64,000 bases of DNA from Trueperaceae bacterium (GCA_034520945.1 JAXHNB010000006.1:608001-672000), one strand, 5' to 3'. Positions 39,699-49,633 are shown, numbered from the stretch's first letter. Translations and numbers: made by a program. The notes: generated by a model from the sequence alone, not told the origin.

Positions 39699-40463
39699 AT
39701 GAGCACGCCCGGTCCCGGTCGCCCCCCGCGCGTCGTACTCGTGCGGCCCAAGCTCGACGACAACGTCGGTGCCGCCGCACGCGCGATGAAGAACTTCGGT
39801 CTGAGCGAGCTGGTCCTGGTCGCGCCCCGCTGCGGCGTAGGGCGGCAGGCGTACGCGCTGGCCTCGCACGCCGGCGACGTGCTGGACGCCGCGCGGACGA
39901 CCGCCACGCTGGGCGAGGCGCTGGGCGACGTCCGTTGGGCGATCGGCACCTCCGCCCGCGTCCGCGCCGACGGCGCGCCCGAGCCCGCGGGGCCCGACGA
40001 AGGCCTCGCCACCCTCCCGGCCGGCGGCGGCGCGTTGGTGTTCGGCCCCGAGGACCACGGCCTGGCCAACGAGGATCTCGACCAGTGCCAGGCGGTCGTC
40101 CGCATCCCGACCGCCGCGTACGCCTCGATCAACCTGGCGCAGGCCGTGAACCTTCTGGCGTACCGCTGGTTCGCGCTGCATGGCGCGGACACCGTGCCAC
40201 AAGGCGACCCGGAGCCGGCCGCCCGCGATCAGGTCGAGCGCATGTACGCCCAGCTGGTGTCCCTGTGGCACCTGATCGGCTACACCGACGCCGCGCGCGA
40301 ACGCGCCACCCTCCGCCTGTTCCGCAACATTTTCGACCGGGCCGCCCTGCGGCCCCGCGAGGTCGCCGCCCTCCGCGGCCTGTGGTCGCAGGCCGCCTGG
40401 GCGGCCGAACGCGACCCGGGGCGCCTACCGGGCCGAAACGCCGCCGGCAATGATACGCGTTGA
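39699..40463 (+). CDS. TrmJ/LasT-family SPOUT RNA methyltransferase
   Basis: NVGAAARAMKNFGL, VFGPEDHGL, SINLAQAV. Confidence 0.92.
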   Translation: MSTPGPGRPPRVVLVRPKLDDNVGAAARAMKNFGLSELVLVAPRCGVGRQAYALASHAGDVLDAARTTATLGEALGDVRWAIGTSARVRADGAPEPAGPDEGLATLPAGGGALVFGPEDHGLANEDLDQCQAVVRIPTAAYASINLAQAVNLLAYRWFALHGADTVPQGDPEPAARDQVERMYAQLVSLWHLIGYTDAARERATLRLFRNIFDRAALRPREVAALRGLWSQAAWAAERDPGRLPGRNAAGNDTR

Positions 40464-40488
40464 CACCGTCCTGGAGCGCCGGTATACT
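40460..40488 (+). promoter_or_regulatory. Sigma70 promoter of tRNA operon
   Basis: TTGACA-N17-TATACT ending 14 bp upstream of tRNA-Ser. Confidence 0.85.
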
Positions 40489-40502
40489 TCTCTGCGCTGA
40501 CC

Positions 40503-40591
40503 GGAGGGTTGGCTGAGCGGTCGAAAGCGGCGGTCTTGAAAACCGTTGTGGGCATTCCCCACCGGGGGTTCGAATCCCTCACCCTCCGCCA
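40503..40591 (+). tRNA. tRNA-Ser(TGA)
   Basis: Cloverleaf with long variable arm; CT-TGA-AA loop; GTTCGAATC; CCA end. Confidence 0.95.
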
Positions 40592-40635
40592 CCCGCTTCC
40601 CTCCGTAGGGGGTTCCGGTCGGCGACAGGCGGTCT

Positions 40636-40728
40636 GGAGAGGTGGCCGAGCGGCTGAAGGCGCTCCCCTGCTAAGGGAGTATAGGGGCAAAACCTCTATC
40701 GAGGGTTCGAATCCCTCCCTCTCCGCCA
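40636..40728 (+). tRNA. tRNA-Ser(GCT)
   Basis: CT-GCT-AA loop, long variable arm, GTTCGAATC, CCA. Confidence 0.95.
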
Positions 40729-40759
40729 CGATAGGTCCGGTACGATGCCGGCAGCGCGT

Positions 40760-40836
<77 letters not shown>

Positions 40837-40869
40837 GCAGAAAGGCCGTCCCACACGGTAGCTGCGTTG

Positions 40870-40899
40870 AACCGTCCCCGCCCGAGCGGGGGCGGTTCG
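40870..40899 (+). terminator. GC-rich hairpin downstream of tRNA operon
   Basis: GAACCGTCCCCGC-CCGA-GCGGGGGCGGTTC; no U-tract. Confidence 0.45.
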
Positions 40900-41083
40900 C
40901 ATGCCGTGTCCGGCCGACGAACGCAAGGAACACCAGGTCCCGGTCGAAGCTCCGCCAGACGGGCGTGACCCAACGCCCGGTTCGCACCAGCGCTCGTCGC
41001 GCGGAATGGGGCCCTTCGCGGTACGCTCGTCGCTGCGAGGCGTTCGCGCGTTGAGAAGGCATCGCTCGCAGGCAGGAGCGCCC

Positions 41084-42241
41084 GTGCCAGAGAGGCCCAC
41101 CCTCCGCGTCGGCATGGCCGGTTTGCTGGCCCTCGCCGCGACCTACGGCCTGGGACGGCAGGCCTACGGCCTGTTCGTGCCGTCGTTCCGCGCCGAGTTC
41201 ACGCTCGGTCTGGACGCCGTCGGCTACTTGGCGGGCGCTGCGCAGTTCGGCTACCTGGTCGCGACCGTCGCGACCGGTGTGATCGAGGCGCGTTTCGGAC
41301 CCCGGCTGCCGGTGGTCGCCGGGTGCATCCTGCTGGCCGTCGGCGCGGTGCTGGTCGCGACGGCGGGCGCGACCGGGCCGCTGGTGGTCGGCGTGATCCT
41401 GGCGGGGACGAGCGCCGGCGGGGCGTGGGCGCCGTTCTCGGACGCCGTCGCGCAGCGGGTCCCGCGGGGGCGCCAGCGGCGGGCGTTGGCGCTGGTGAAC
41501 GCCGGGTCTCCCGCCGGGCTGCTGATCGCCAGCCTGGTCGTCGCGATCACGGGAAGTTCCTGGCGCCTCGCCTGGGCCGCGTTCGCCCTCGTCGGCCTGG
41601 TCGCGGCCGCCGTGAACGCGGCGGTGCTCCCGAACGTGCCACCGACCCGTGACACCACCGTCGAGTGGGGATGGAAGGGCCTCGTTGCCCCCTCGGCGCT
41701 CCGCTTGTTCGCGGTGGCGGCGCTGGCGTCGATGACGTCCGGCGCCTACTTCGCCTACGCGCCCGAGGCGGCGCAGGCGGCCGGGCTACCTACGTGGATC
41801 GGGGCCGCCATGTGGGGTGCCCTGGGCCTGAGCGGGGGTGCGGTCGGCGCGTTCGGGGGCGAGATCGCGGACCGCTTTTCCTTGGGCCGGCCCCTGGCCG
41901 TCACCTGGTTGGGCTTGGCCGCGGCCCTCGCCTCTCTGCTGGTGGTCATGGGGACGCCCGCGGGTGCGCTGGGATCCGCCGCGGTGTTCGGTGTGACGTT
42001 CACCACCGGCTACGCCTTCATCGCGATGTGGAGTCAGGAGGTGTTTCCGCAGCGGCCGACGACGGGTTTCACCGTGACGATCGTGTTCATCGCGGCCGGA
42101 TTCGTCGTCGGCCCGATCCTCTACGGCGTCGTCGCGACGTTCCTGGGACGTCCCTGGGCGCCGGTGGTCGCGGCCGTGCCGGCGGTGCTGGCCGCCGTGT
42201 TGTCGGTGGCGCCCCCTGCGCGGCGGCGTACCGGCACGTGA
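41084..42241 (+). CDS. MFS transporter (YbfB/YjiJ-like)
   Basis: YGLGRQAYGLFVP, 12 TM pattern; AGGAG RBS before GTG. Confidence 0.85.
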   Translation: MPERPTLRVGMAGLLALAATYGLGRQAYGLFVPSFRAEFTLGLDAVGYLAGAAQFGYLVATVATGVIEARFGPRLPVVAGCILLAVGAVLVATAGATGPLVVGVILAGTSAGGAWAPFSDAVAQRVPRGRQRRALALVNAGSPAGLLIASLVVAITGSSWRLAWAAFALVGLVAAAVNAAVLPNVPPTRDTTVEWGWKGLVAPSALRLFAVAALASMTSGAYFAYAPEAAQAAGLPTWIGAAMWGALGLSGGAVGAFGGEIADRFSLGRPLAVTWLGLAAALASLLVVMGTPAGALGSAAVFGVTFTTGYAFIAMWSQEVFPQRPTTGFTVTIVFIAAGFVVGPILYGVVATFLGRPWAPVVAAVPAVLAAVLSVAPPARRRTGT

Positions 42242-42297
42242 ATGAGGACCGCGTAGCGGGGCGCACGGCCGTGTTCGCGACGCGCTCGGCGGGTCGT

Positions 42298-43116
42298 TCA
42301 GTCCACTGCGCCCTTTACCAGGCCCGAGATGAATTGCCGCTGGAACGCCAGGTACACCACCACCAGCGGGGCCGCCACGATGGTGGCTCCGGCGGCCAGC
42401 AAGGGAATGTCGGTGGTGTAGCGTCCCTGGAAAAAGGCGATCCCCACCGGCAGTGTCCGTAGGGCGTCGTCGCTCACCATGACCAGCGGGATGAAGAACT
42501 CGTTCCAGTTCCATATGAACAAGAAGATGGTCAGCACCCCGAACGTGGGGCGGGCCAACGGCAGGAGGACGTGCCGAAACACGGTCATGCGCCCCGCGCC
42601 GTCCAGTACCGCCGCGTCGATCAGCGCGTCGGGGAGGCTCTTGAAGGTCGCCCAGAGAAGATAGGTGCCGAACGGTAGGGACAGCGCGATCAAGGGCAGG
42701 ATCATGGCGAGATAGGTGTTCAGCAGGCCGACCGATCGAAGGCCGTAGTACAGCGGGATGATCAGCCCCTCGTAGGGCACCACAAGGCCCAGCAGCAGCA
42801 CCGCGAACAGGGTGCGTCGGCCCGGTAGGGGCAGGAGTGCCAGGGCGTAGGCGCACATCGCGGCCAATGCGGGCGTGACGACCACGACCGGCACGATCAC
42901 GATCAGCGAGTTCAGGAAGTAGCGCCGAAGGTTGCCTTCCGTCCAGGCGCGCAGGTAGTTGCCCCACTGCGGGGCCTCGGGCAGTGTCAGCAGGCCCGCG
43001 CCCAACTCGTCCGGCGTCTTGAGGGACGTCAGAGCGATCAACAGGAACGGGATCAGGACGGCGGCGGTGAACAGGCTCAGGACGAGGTAGGCGAGGGTGC
43101 GATCAACGCGCATCAC
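42298..43116 (-). CDS. Carbohydrate ABC transporter permease
   Basis: DAAVLDGA EAA loop, WNEFF, TLPVG, FQRQFISG. Confidence 0.93.
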   Translation of the reverse strand: MMRVDRTLAYLVLSLFTAAVLIPFLLIALTSLKTPDELGAGLLTLPEAPQWGNYLRAWTEGNLRRYFLNSLIVIVPVVVVTPALAAMCAYALALLPLPGRRTLFAVLLLGLVVPYEGLIIPLYYGLRSVGLLNTYLAMILPLIALSLPFGTYLLWATFKSLPDALIDAAVLDGAGRMTVFRHVLLPLARPTFGVLTIFLFIWNWNEFFIPLVMVSDDALRTLPVGIAFFQGRYTTDIPLLAAGATIVAAPLVVVYLAFQRQFISGLVKGAVD

Positions 43117-44036
43117 GAACTGCTCCGCTGCAGCCGTCGCAGCATCACCGTGACGAGAATGACCAGGATGGTGAGCACCACCGCGATGGTCGAGGCGTAG
43201 CCGACCTCGCTGCGCTGGAACGCGCTGCGGTACAGGTACAGCGTGCCTACCAGGGTGCTATCGCCCGGCCCCCCGCGCGTGGTGACGAACACCAGGTCGA
43301 ACACCTTTAGGGCGGTGACCAGCGTGAAGAAGGCGACGACCACGATCTCCCTGCGTAGGCCGGGCAGGGTCACGTGCAGAAGTTGTCTGAGCGCACTTGC
43401 CCCGTCGACGCGGGCGGCGTCGTAGAGCGTGGGATCGATGCGTTGCATGCCAGCGAAGAACACCGCCATGCAGAAGCCGTAGAAGTACCAGGAGGCGATC
43501 AGGCCTACGCTGGGCAACGCCCAGTCGAAGTCGCCGAGCCACGGGCGCGTGAGGGCGCCGAGCCCGATGGCGGCGAGGAACGCGTTGATGGGTCCGTCGC
43601 CGGGGGCGTACATCCAGCGCCAGATGACGCCGATGAGCGCCATGGGAAGGATCTGCGGCAGGAACAGCAGCGCCCGGAACGTGCCGCGCCCGCGCAGCCA
43701 CGGTTGGTGCAGCACGGCCGCCAGCAGCAGCCCCAGCGTGATAGGGACCACCGTGTAGAACACGATGAACGCGGCGTTATTCGCCAACGCGCGCCAGAAC
43801 AAAGCGTCCCCGAGCAGGCGGCGATAGTTCGCTAGGCCGACCCAGCTCGCCTCCCCGAAGCCCGCCCAGTCGTGCAGGCTGTACCAGACCGACACGCCGG
43901 CGGGCAGCAGCACCAGCAACGCGTACACCGCGAAGCCGGGCAGGAAGATCGCCAGCCCGTGGTACCAACGATCGCCCGGCCGGGAGGGGATGTCCCCCTC
44001 CCGGCGGAGGTTGCGCGTGGGCGCCTCGTCAGTCAC
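43113..44036 (-). CDS. Carbohydrate ABC transporter permease
   Basis: WVGLANY, LYDAARVDGA, HVTLP, TRGGP. Confidence 0.93.
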   Translation of the reverse strand: MTDEAPTRNLRREGDIPSRPGDRWYHGLAIFLPGFAVYALLVLLPAGVSVWYSLHDWAGFGEASWVGLANYRRLLGDALFWRALANNAAFIVFYTVVPITLGLLLAAVLHQPWLRGRGTFRALLFLPQILPMALIGVIWRWMYAPGDGPINAFLAAIGLGALTRPWLGDFDWALPSVGLIASWYFYGFCMAVFFAGMQRIDPTLYDAARVDGASALRQLLHVTLPGLRREIVVVAFFTLVTALKVFDLVFVTTRGGPGDSTLVGTLYLYRSAFQRSEVGYASTIAVVLTILVILVTVMLRRLQRSSS

Positions 44037-45306
44037 GCGAGGCGAGGTAGTCCTGGTAGTCCCGGTCCAGGTCCTCGACGAACTGCTGCGCGTCGATGCG
44101 GCCGGCCAACAGACGCTGCAGGCCGGCAGTGATCGTGTCGTAGAAGCTGGGGGTGGCCCAGTCGAGGTAGAAGCCGGTGGCGCCTGCCTCGTCGATACGG
44201 GTCCAGACGTCGTGAATGTCGGCCTGCAGGCTGCCGGGCTCCAGCATCGCTTCGTCGATCGGCAGGGCGGGCACGACGTCGGCCGCCATCCAGGCCTCGG
44301 CGGCACGCTCGGACATCATCCAGTCGATGTACGCGGCGGCCAGGTCGGGATGCGCGGTGGAGGCGGAGATGGAGAACGGGATGCCGGTTCCCACGATGTG
44401 GAGCGGCGTGGTGCCGGTGTTTTCCTCGAGGGGCGGCATGGCGAAGAAGCCGATGTCGGGGTTGTCGGCGAACAGGTCGGCCACCTCGCTGCCCGTGATC
44501 ATCATGGCGCCCTCTCCGCGCGCGAAGGCGGCCCAGGAATCGTCGTAGCTGAGGCCGGCGTAGCCGTCGCTGAGGTAGCCGCTCTCGACCCAGTCGCGCA
44601 CGATCTCGGCGGCGCGCAGGTTGCCGTCGGTGACCCAGCTTCCCCCGCGGCCGTAGATCAGGTCGCTGAGGTAGTCCAACTCGACGAACAGGTGCTGGAC
44701 GGCGCCGTAAAGGTGGATGGCGGGCCAACCGTCGCTGTTCCCGAAGGTGATCGGCGTGATGCCGGCCTCGTCCAACGCCTCGAGGTTGGCCTGAAACTCT
44801 TCGAACGTCTCGGGTACGTCAATGCCTGCCTCTTCGAAGTGCGCGCGGTTGTAGTACACGCCCACCACGAAGATCTCGGGCGAGACGCCGTACAGGTCGC
44901 CCCGGCCGAAGTCGCCGTCCTCGGTCCAGCGCTTACGTTCGAACAGCCGCTCGGAGTGTAGGTCCAACCAACCGTACTGCTCCGCGTACGCGTCCAGGGG
45001 CCGGATCAGGCCGCCCTGGACCATCTCGCCCATGTCGGGGGCGCCCTGGTTCACCATGGGCACGTCGGGACCTTCGCCGGAGCCGAGGGCCAGTTTGACG
45101 GTGACCTTGAGGTCGTCGAGGGGCCGGGAGGTCCGCTCGATGGTGACGCCCGGATTCCGTTCTTCGAACTCGGCGTTGAGCTGTTCGGCGACTTCGTTCT
45201 TCTTGCCTTGCGTCCACCAGTCCCACACTTCCAGCGTCTGTGCGTGGGCGAGGGAGAGGACCGCGAGGGCCGTGAGGGTCAGGATGGTATTGCGGAGTCG
45301 GTGCAT
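44029..45306 (-). CDS. Carbohydrate ABC transporter substrate-binding protein
   Basis: Signal peptide (AHA-Q); YYNRAHFEEAG..PETFEEF; GGAAGGAG RBS. Confidence 0.9.
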   Translation of the reverse strand: MHRLRNTILTLTALAVLSLAHAQTLEVWDWWTQGKKNEVAEQLNAEFEERNPGVTIERTSRPLDDLKVTVKLALGSGEGPDVPMVNQGAPDMGEMVQGGLIRPLDAYAEQYGWLDLHSERLFERKRWTEDGDFGRGDLYGVSPEIFVVGVYYNRAHFEEAGIDVPETFEEFQANLEALDEAGITPITFGNSDGWPAIHLYGAVQHLFVELDYLSDLIYGRGGSWVTDGNLRAAEIVRDWVESGYLSDGYAGLSYDDSWAAFARGEGAMMITGSEVADLFADNPDIGFFAMPPLEENTGTTPLHIVGTGIPFSISASTAHPDLAAAYIDWMMSERAAEAWMAADVVPALPIDEAMLEPGSLQADIHDVWTRIDEAGATGFYLDWATPSFYDTITAGLQRLLAGRIDAQQFVEDLDRDYQDYLASRD

Positions 45307-45373
45307 GGGGCTCCTTCCGGGGAGCGGCGTGCCCGCGAGGGGCGTGCCATTGGGCGTGGGTCTGGTGCGGGCG

Positions 45374-46348
45374 TTACCCGCAGGGTGCATGGGGATCTCC
45401 CTCCTGCGCAGGAGCGTGGAGGCTCAGCGAGGGCCCATCCTGCGTGTGGGCGAGCGTGCCGAGCGCGGCGCCCAGGACGCCCGCGTCGGTGCCCGTCGCG
45501 GCCGGGAGGACGGGCACGTCTCGGCTTCCGGGGGTCCAGATGCCTTGCCGGGTGGCACGTACCAGTCGATTCCAGTAGCGTCCGCCCGAGGTGCCCAGCC
45601 CACCGCCGACGATCAGTACGGCGGGATCGAGGACGTCGACCAACCACGCGAGGGCGTCGCCCAGCGCGTCGGCGGCTTCGTCGAGGACGGCCTGGGCGTG
45701 TACGTCGCCGTTGGCCGCGAGGTGGGCGACGTCGCGTCCGTGCGTGGTGTCCTGGCCGCTGGCGAGGCGGTACCGGCGCACGAGGGCCGGGCCGGAGGCG
45801 CGCGCCTCCAGCGAGCGGCTGGCGTCGCGCCGCACGCCGGTGCCCAGGACGCCGGCGCGTCCATGCGCTCCTGGGTACGGCGTGCCGTTCAGGACCAGGC
45901 AGCTGGAGATGCCCGTCCCAATGCTGACGTACACGAAGTCGTCATGCCCGCGTCCTGCACCGAAGATCGCTTCGGCCCGGGCGGCGGCGCGCACGTCCGC
46001 GTCGACGAAGGTGGGGGCGACCTCCGCCAGGCGCGCCCGTACGGGCAGGCCGGCCCAGCGAACGGTGTGCCCGGTGATGACGTGGCCTCGGAGGTCGACG
46101 AGCTCCGCGACGCCCACCCCGATGCCGCGGAACGGCCGGTCCGGCGGCCGCGGCAACGACAGCAGGTGGCGGGCCAACGCGAGGGTGTCGTCCAGCACCT
46201 CGCGTCCTTGGCGCTCCGGCCGCGTGGGTTCCTCGCGTCGCGCCCGCAACGCGCCTGTGGCCAGGTCAACCAGCGCGGCGGCGGTCTTGGTGCCGCCCAC
46301 GTCGATGCCGATGGCGAGGCCTGCGTCGTGGGGCACGGAGGACGTCAT
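45374..46348 (-). CDS. ROK-family sugar kinase
   Basis: GIDVGGTK, DVRAAARAE, SIGTGI, LDPAVLIVGGG; lacks Cys Zn motif. Confidence 0.9.
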   Translation of the reverse strand: MTSSVPHDAGLAIGIDVGGTKTAAALVDLATGALRARREEPTRPERQGREVLDDTLALARHLLSLPRPPDRPFRGIGVGVAELVDLRGHVITGHTVRWAGLPVRARLAEVAPTFVDADVRAAARAEAIFGAGRGHDDFVYVSIGTGISSCLVLNGTPYPGAHGRAGVLGTGVRRDASRSLEARASGPALVRRYRLASGQDTTHGRDVAHLAANGDVHAQAVLDEAADALGDALAWLVDVLDPAVLIVGGGLGTSGGRYWNRLVRATRQGIWTPGSRDVPVLPAATGTDAGVLGAALGTLAHTQDGPSLSLHAPAQEGDPHAPCG

Positions 46349-46355
46349 GCTCGTT

Positions 46356-47222
46356 TCAGGCGTCCTCGGGCGGGGCGTAGCGTGGCCCGACGCCGAACAG
46401 GACCTCGACCGGCGTTCCGGTCATGTTGTAGATCGCGTGGGGCTCGCCGTGCGGGACGAAGAAGCCGTCCCGTGGCGCCAGCTCGAACCACTTGGGCACG
46501 TCGGGCTTGCCTGGGGCGTGAATCTGAGGATCGCCCTCGAGGACGTACATGCACTTGTCCCCGGCGTGGCGCATGGCGTCGGTGTGCTGGCCCGGCAGGA
46601 GGCGGACCTTGCCGGCGGTGAGGTGTTCCGTCGCCGCCAACAGGCCTACGAGTACGCGATGCTCGCTACCTTCGAGCCGCCACATCATGTCGTCCTCGCG
46701 GAGGTGCCGGATGGTGTGCCCGGCACGGCGGGCCGCGTCCTCCATCGGGAAGCGCGTCATCCATTCGTCCTGGCCGTAACGGACCTCGGGAAGGTTCTCC
46801 TGCTGGCGCGCGTAGCTGCCCGACGTCCCCTGGGATGGCGGGGGCGAGAAGTACTCCAGGACCCGCAGCCGCTCGTTGCTGAGGTTGTGGACGTGGTGCC
46901 AGGTGTCGCGACGGAAGAACGCTGCCTGTCCGGGACGGACGCGGTGCACCTCGCCGGTTTGCGGGTTGGCGATCACCATCTCGCCACTGAGGACGTAGAG
47001 CACCTCGTCGGCGGCAAAGATGGTGCGAAACGAATCGGAGTGCGTGAACGATCCCATCGGCGGCACGCCGAACAGCAACTGGTGGATTTCCTGGGTGGAG
47101 GCGTAGATCCAGTCGGAGACCTGGCCGGCTTCAGGATCGCCCCACAGGTGACGGGTGACGTCGCGGTAGGGGATGTGGGTGGGCGCATCGAAGGTCGGGC
47201 GGGGGGAGGGGGCGTAGCTCAT
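46356..47222 (-). CDS. Two-domain cupin protein of unknown function
   Basis: Cupin motifs DEVLYVLSGE...WHHVHN and HAGDKCMYVLEG...PHGEPHAIYN. Confidence 0.85.
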   Translation of the reverse strand: MSYAPSPRPTFDAPTHIPYRDVTRHLWGDPEAGQVSDWIYASTQEIHQLLFGVPPMGSFTHSDSFRTIFAADEVLYVLSGEMVIANPQTGEVHRVRPGQAAFFRRDTWHHVHNLSNERLRVLEYFSPPPSQGTSGSYARQQENLPEVRYGQDEWMTRFPMEDAARRAGHTIRHLREDDMMWRLEGSEHRVLVGLLAATEHLTAGKVRLLPGQHTDAMRHAGDKCMYVLEGDPQIHAPGKPDVPKWFELAPRDGFFVPHGEPHAIYNMTGTPVEVLFGVGPRYAPPEDA

Positions 47223-47308
47223 ACGGGGGCTCCTCGGGGGTGGGTGCGCAGTGGGGGTACGCGGTGCGTCAGGGCGAACTTGGCGTCAGGGGGTCGGGCG
47301 CGGCGGAC

Positions 47309-48115
47309 TCAGGACGGCGCGTCCCGGCGGGCTTGTGACAGGACGACGGCGATGCCCGGCGCTGCTGCCTCGGCTTCGCTTCGCGCGTGGCGGTCGCTGG
47401 CCACGGCGAGCTTGAAGCGGTCACCGCGGTAGCGCACCTCGAAATACTCGGTTGGGAGGTCGTCTTCGCTGTAGCTGATCCCTTCGACCGCCAGCAGTCC
47501 CGTCCCTTCCGGGACGTCGAAAGCGTCGGCCTCCTCGACGCTCGCGGTGGTGGCGGCGATCGTCTGCTCCGCGCGTTGCAGGGGTAGGCCGTAGCGTTCC
47601 TCCAGTAGCCGGTAGAGCGACTGGTGTGCCAGGTCCTGATTCTCGAGCCCCCGGCAGAGCCGGTGCGGCAGCCAACTGCTCTCCAGCGCGACGGGCTCCC
47701 CGTTGACCCGGCGGAGGCGCGCGACCCGCACCACCGTTTCGTCGGGACGCAGCGCCAGCGCGGTCGCAACGTGGGGCGGGGAGGTCGCGGTGTCTTGCCG
47801 TAGCACGTCCGAGCTGACCGTGCCGTCCTGCTGAAGCATCGTTTCGGTGAAGCCCATGAGGTTGACCGCGTCGAAGGTCAGTTTGGGTTCGGCCACGAAG
47901 GTGCCTGCGCCCTGCCGGACCGTCAGCGTGCCGTCCTGCACCAGTCGGGCCAGGGCCTGACGGAGCGTCATGCGGCTGATCCCGAATTCCTCGGCCAGTT
48001 CGCGCTCGGAGGGTAGCCGCGCGCCGGGCGCCCAGGCGCCGGTCCGGATGCGACGCCGGATCTCACGGACGACCTGGTGGTAGAGGGGGACGGGGCTGGA
48101 CTTGCGTAGGGTCAT
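47309..48115 (-). CDS. GntR/HutC-family regulator (UTRA domain; NagR/DasR-like)
   Basis: PLYHQ, LPSERELA..FGISRMTLRQAL, GAGTFV, YRGDRF. Confidence 0.93.
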   Translation of the reverse strand: MTLRKSSPVPLYHQVVREIRRRIRTGAWAPGARLPSERELAEEFGISRMTLRQALARLVQDGTLTVRQGAGTFVAEPKLTFDAVNLMGFTETMLQQDGTVSSDVLRQDTATSPPHVATALALRPDETVVRVARLRRVNGEPVALESSWLPHRLCRGLENQDLAHQSLYRLLEERYGLPLQRAEQTIAATTASVEEADAFDVPEGTGLLAVEGISYSEDDLPTEYFEVRYRGDRFKLAVASDRHARSEAEAAAPGIAVVLSQARRDAPS

Positions 48116-48192
48116 GCGGCCCCTTTCGGCGGGCGTGCGGGCTGGGATGCGCGGCGTGTTCGCGCCACGGGGTCCTCGAGGCACTTGGGAGC

Positions 48193-48214
48193 TCTGGAGG
48201 TCTAGACCTCTAGA
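48193..48214. promoter_or_regulatory. dre-like GntR operator palindrome
   Basis: TCTGGAGGTCTAGACCTCTAGA; perfect 14-bp core GAGGTCTAGACCTC. Confidence 0.8.
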
Positions 48215-48243
48215 ACCGTACCCTGGACTGCTGCGCAGCGCAA
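48215..48243 (-). promoter_or_regulatory. Sigma70 promoter of gntR-cupin-ROK-ABC operon
   Basis: TTGCGC-N17-TACGGT directly abutting the operator. Confidence 0.65.
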
Positions 48244-48501
48244 GTCCCTCGATGCAATCGTGGTCTGTGACGCATGGGGTCAACGCGCGTGGGGGACGCC
48301 CAGACGCCCTCGAACGATCCTGCGTGCCGGCGCGCCGCGGCCAAGCACCGGCAAGGCGCATGGCGCGGCGCGACCCGCCGGGGAGGACGCCGCGGCCAAG
48401 GCGTAGCATGGCCGTATGGTTTTGATCGCACGACCGGAAGGAGCGCTTCGAGCAAGGGTTGCACCGCGCCCGACGTCCGCGGGGCCGACCGGTGGGCGGC
48501 C

Positions 48502-49380
48502 GTGAGCCGCACGGTCCTCGTCCAGGTGGTGGGCCCACCCGGCGCAGGCAAGACCACGCTGATCGAGCGGTTGGTGCGTTCGACGCGAAACGAGATGCTC
48601 GCGGCCGTGCGCGTGGTGGAGGAGGAAGGCGGCGACACCGTGGCGCGCGACGAGGATGGCGCGGAGGTGGCGTCGTGGCGGGCGGCCGGCGCGCTCCTCC
48701 CCGAGCGGGTGCGGCTGCCGGCGGGTCATTTCGGCGGTGTGCACGCAGCGCTCCAGGCGTGCGGCGCCGGACCCTCCGTGGCCGACGTGGTGCTCATCGA
48801 AGGGGGACCCGTCACGTCCCGTGCGGTGGATGTCGTGGTGTTCGTGACCCGTGCGTTGCAGTCGGAGGCGTCGCTCACGGTGGACGAAGGCCGCGAAATC
48901 GGCCGCATGGACGGCGGGGAGGCGCTGAGCCTGATGTTGGGGCTCACCCCGCCCAGCGAAGACGAGGACGAAGAGGCGGGGATGCCCGGCGAGGGTGACG
49001 CGGTCGATGACGACGACGTCGAGGTCGTGGAAACCTACGAGATCCCCGAACCCGCCGCGCAACGCATACGCGAGCTGCTGGAGCACGGCCATCCGATCGT
49101 GCAGCGCGGCCGCTGGCTCAGGGCGGGCTACGAGCCGCTGGTCCACGCGCAGGTCATCGTCGTAGGGCGTGGCGCGGACGGGGATCGCGTTCTGGGCGAA
49201 CGCACCAAGGGCATGATCGAAGCGGCGCTCGAGGACGAGGAGTTGCGGCGCACCTATCCCGAGCTGGGATCCGTGCACCGACGCACGATCCTCGCGGCCG
49301 ACCTGGCGGAGGCGGGCAATGCGGAAGCGCGCAAGGCGGTCGAGGCCATCAAACGCCGTTGGCGGCGGGCGGCGTGGTGA
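48502..49380 (+). CDS. P-loop NTPase, MobB-like, with acidic insertion
   Basis: GPPGAGKTTLIERL, WRAAGA, DVVLIEG. Confidence 0.65.
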   Translation: MSRTVLVQVVGPPGAGKTTLIERLVRSTRNEMLAAVRVVEEEGGDTVARDEDGAEVASWRAAGALLPERVRLPAGHFGGVHAALQACGAGPSVADVVLIEGGPVTSRAVDVVVFVTRALQSEASLTVDEGREIGRMDGGEALSLMLGLTPPSEDEDEEAGMPGEGDAVDDDDVEVVETYEIPEPAAQRIRELLEHGHPIVQRGRWLRAGYEPLVHAQVIVVGRGADGDRVLGERTKGMIEAALEDEELRRTYPELGSVHRRTILAADLAEAGNAEARKAVEAIKRRWRRAAW

Positions 49381-49438
49381 TGGCGTTCGGGGCGCCGGCA
49401 CGATGTTCCCTGTCCAACGTGGAGGGGTCGGTTCGTAC

Positions 49439-49633
49439 CTACCCCTCGTCGTCCTCCCAACCGAGCATCACCTGGTAGGTGCGGCGGCCGTACAGGTAGG
49501 TGCCGACCGTTCGCTCGAGGTCGTTCACGAAGGCGTGAACCTCCTCGCTGGGCACCGCCCAATCGAAGGCCCCGTTCGCGTCGGCGACGTAGCCGTCGAG
49601 CGACATCAGGGTGGTGTAGATCAGTCGGGCCAT
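49439..49633 (-). pseudogene. Truncated dihydrofolate-reductase/RibD-C family protein
   Basis: MARLIY...SLDGYVAD...YLYGRRTYQVM; stops after 64 codons. Confidence 0.75.

Noticed and set aside
45307..45390. Upstream ATG with RBS extending the SBP by 28 aa
   Set aside because: The signal peptide begins at 45306, which has its own RBS; the extension is low-complexity
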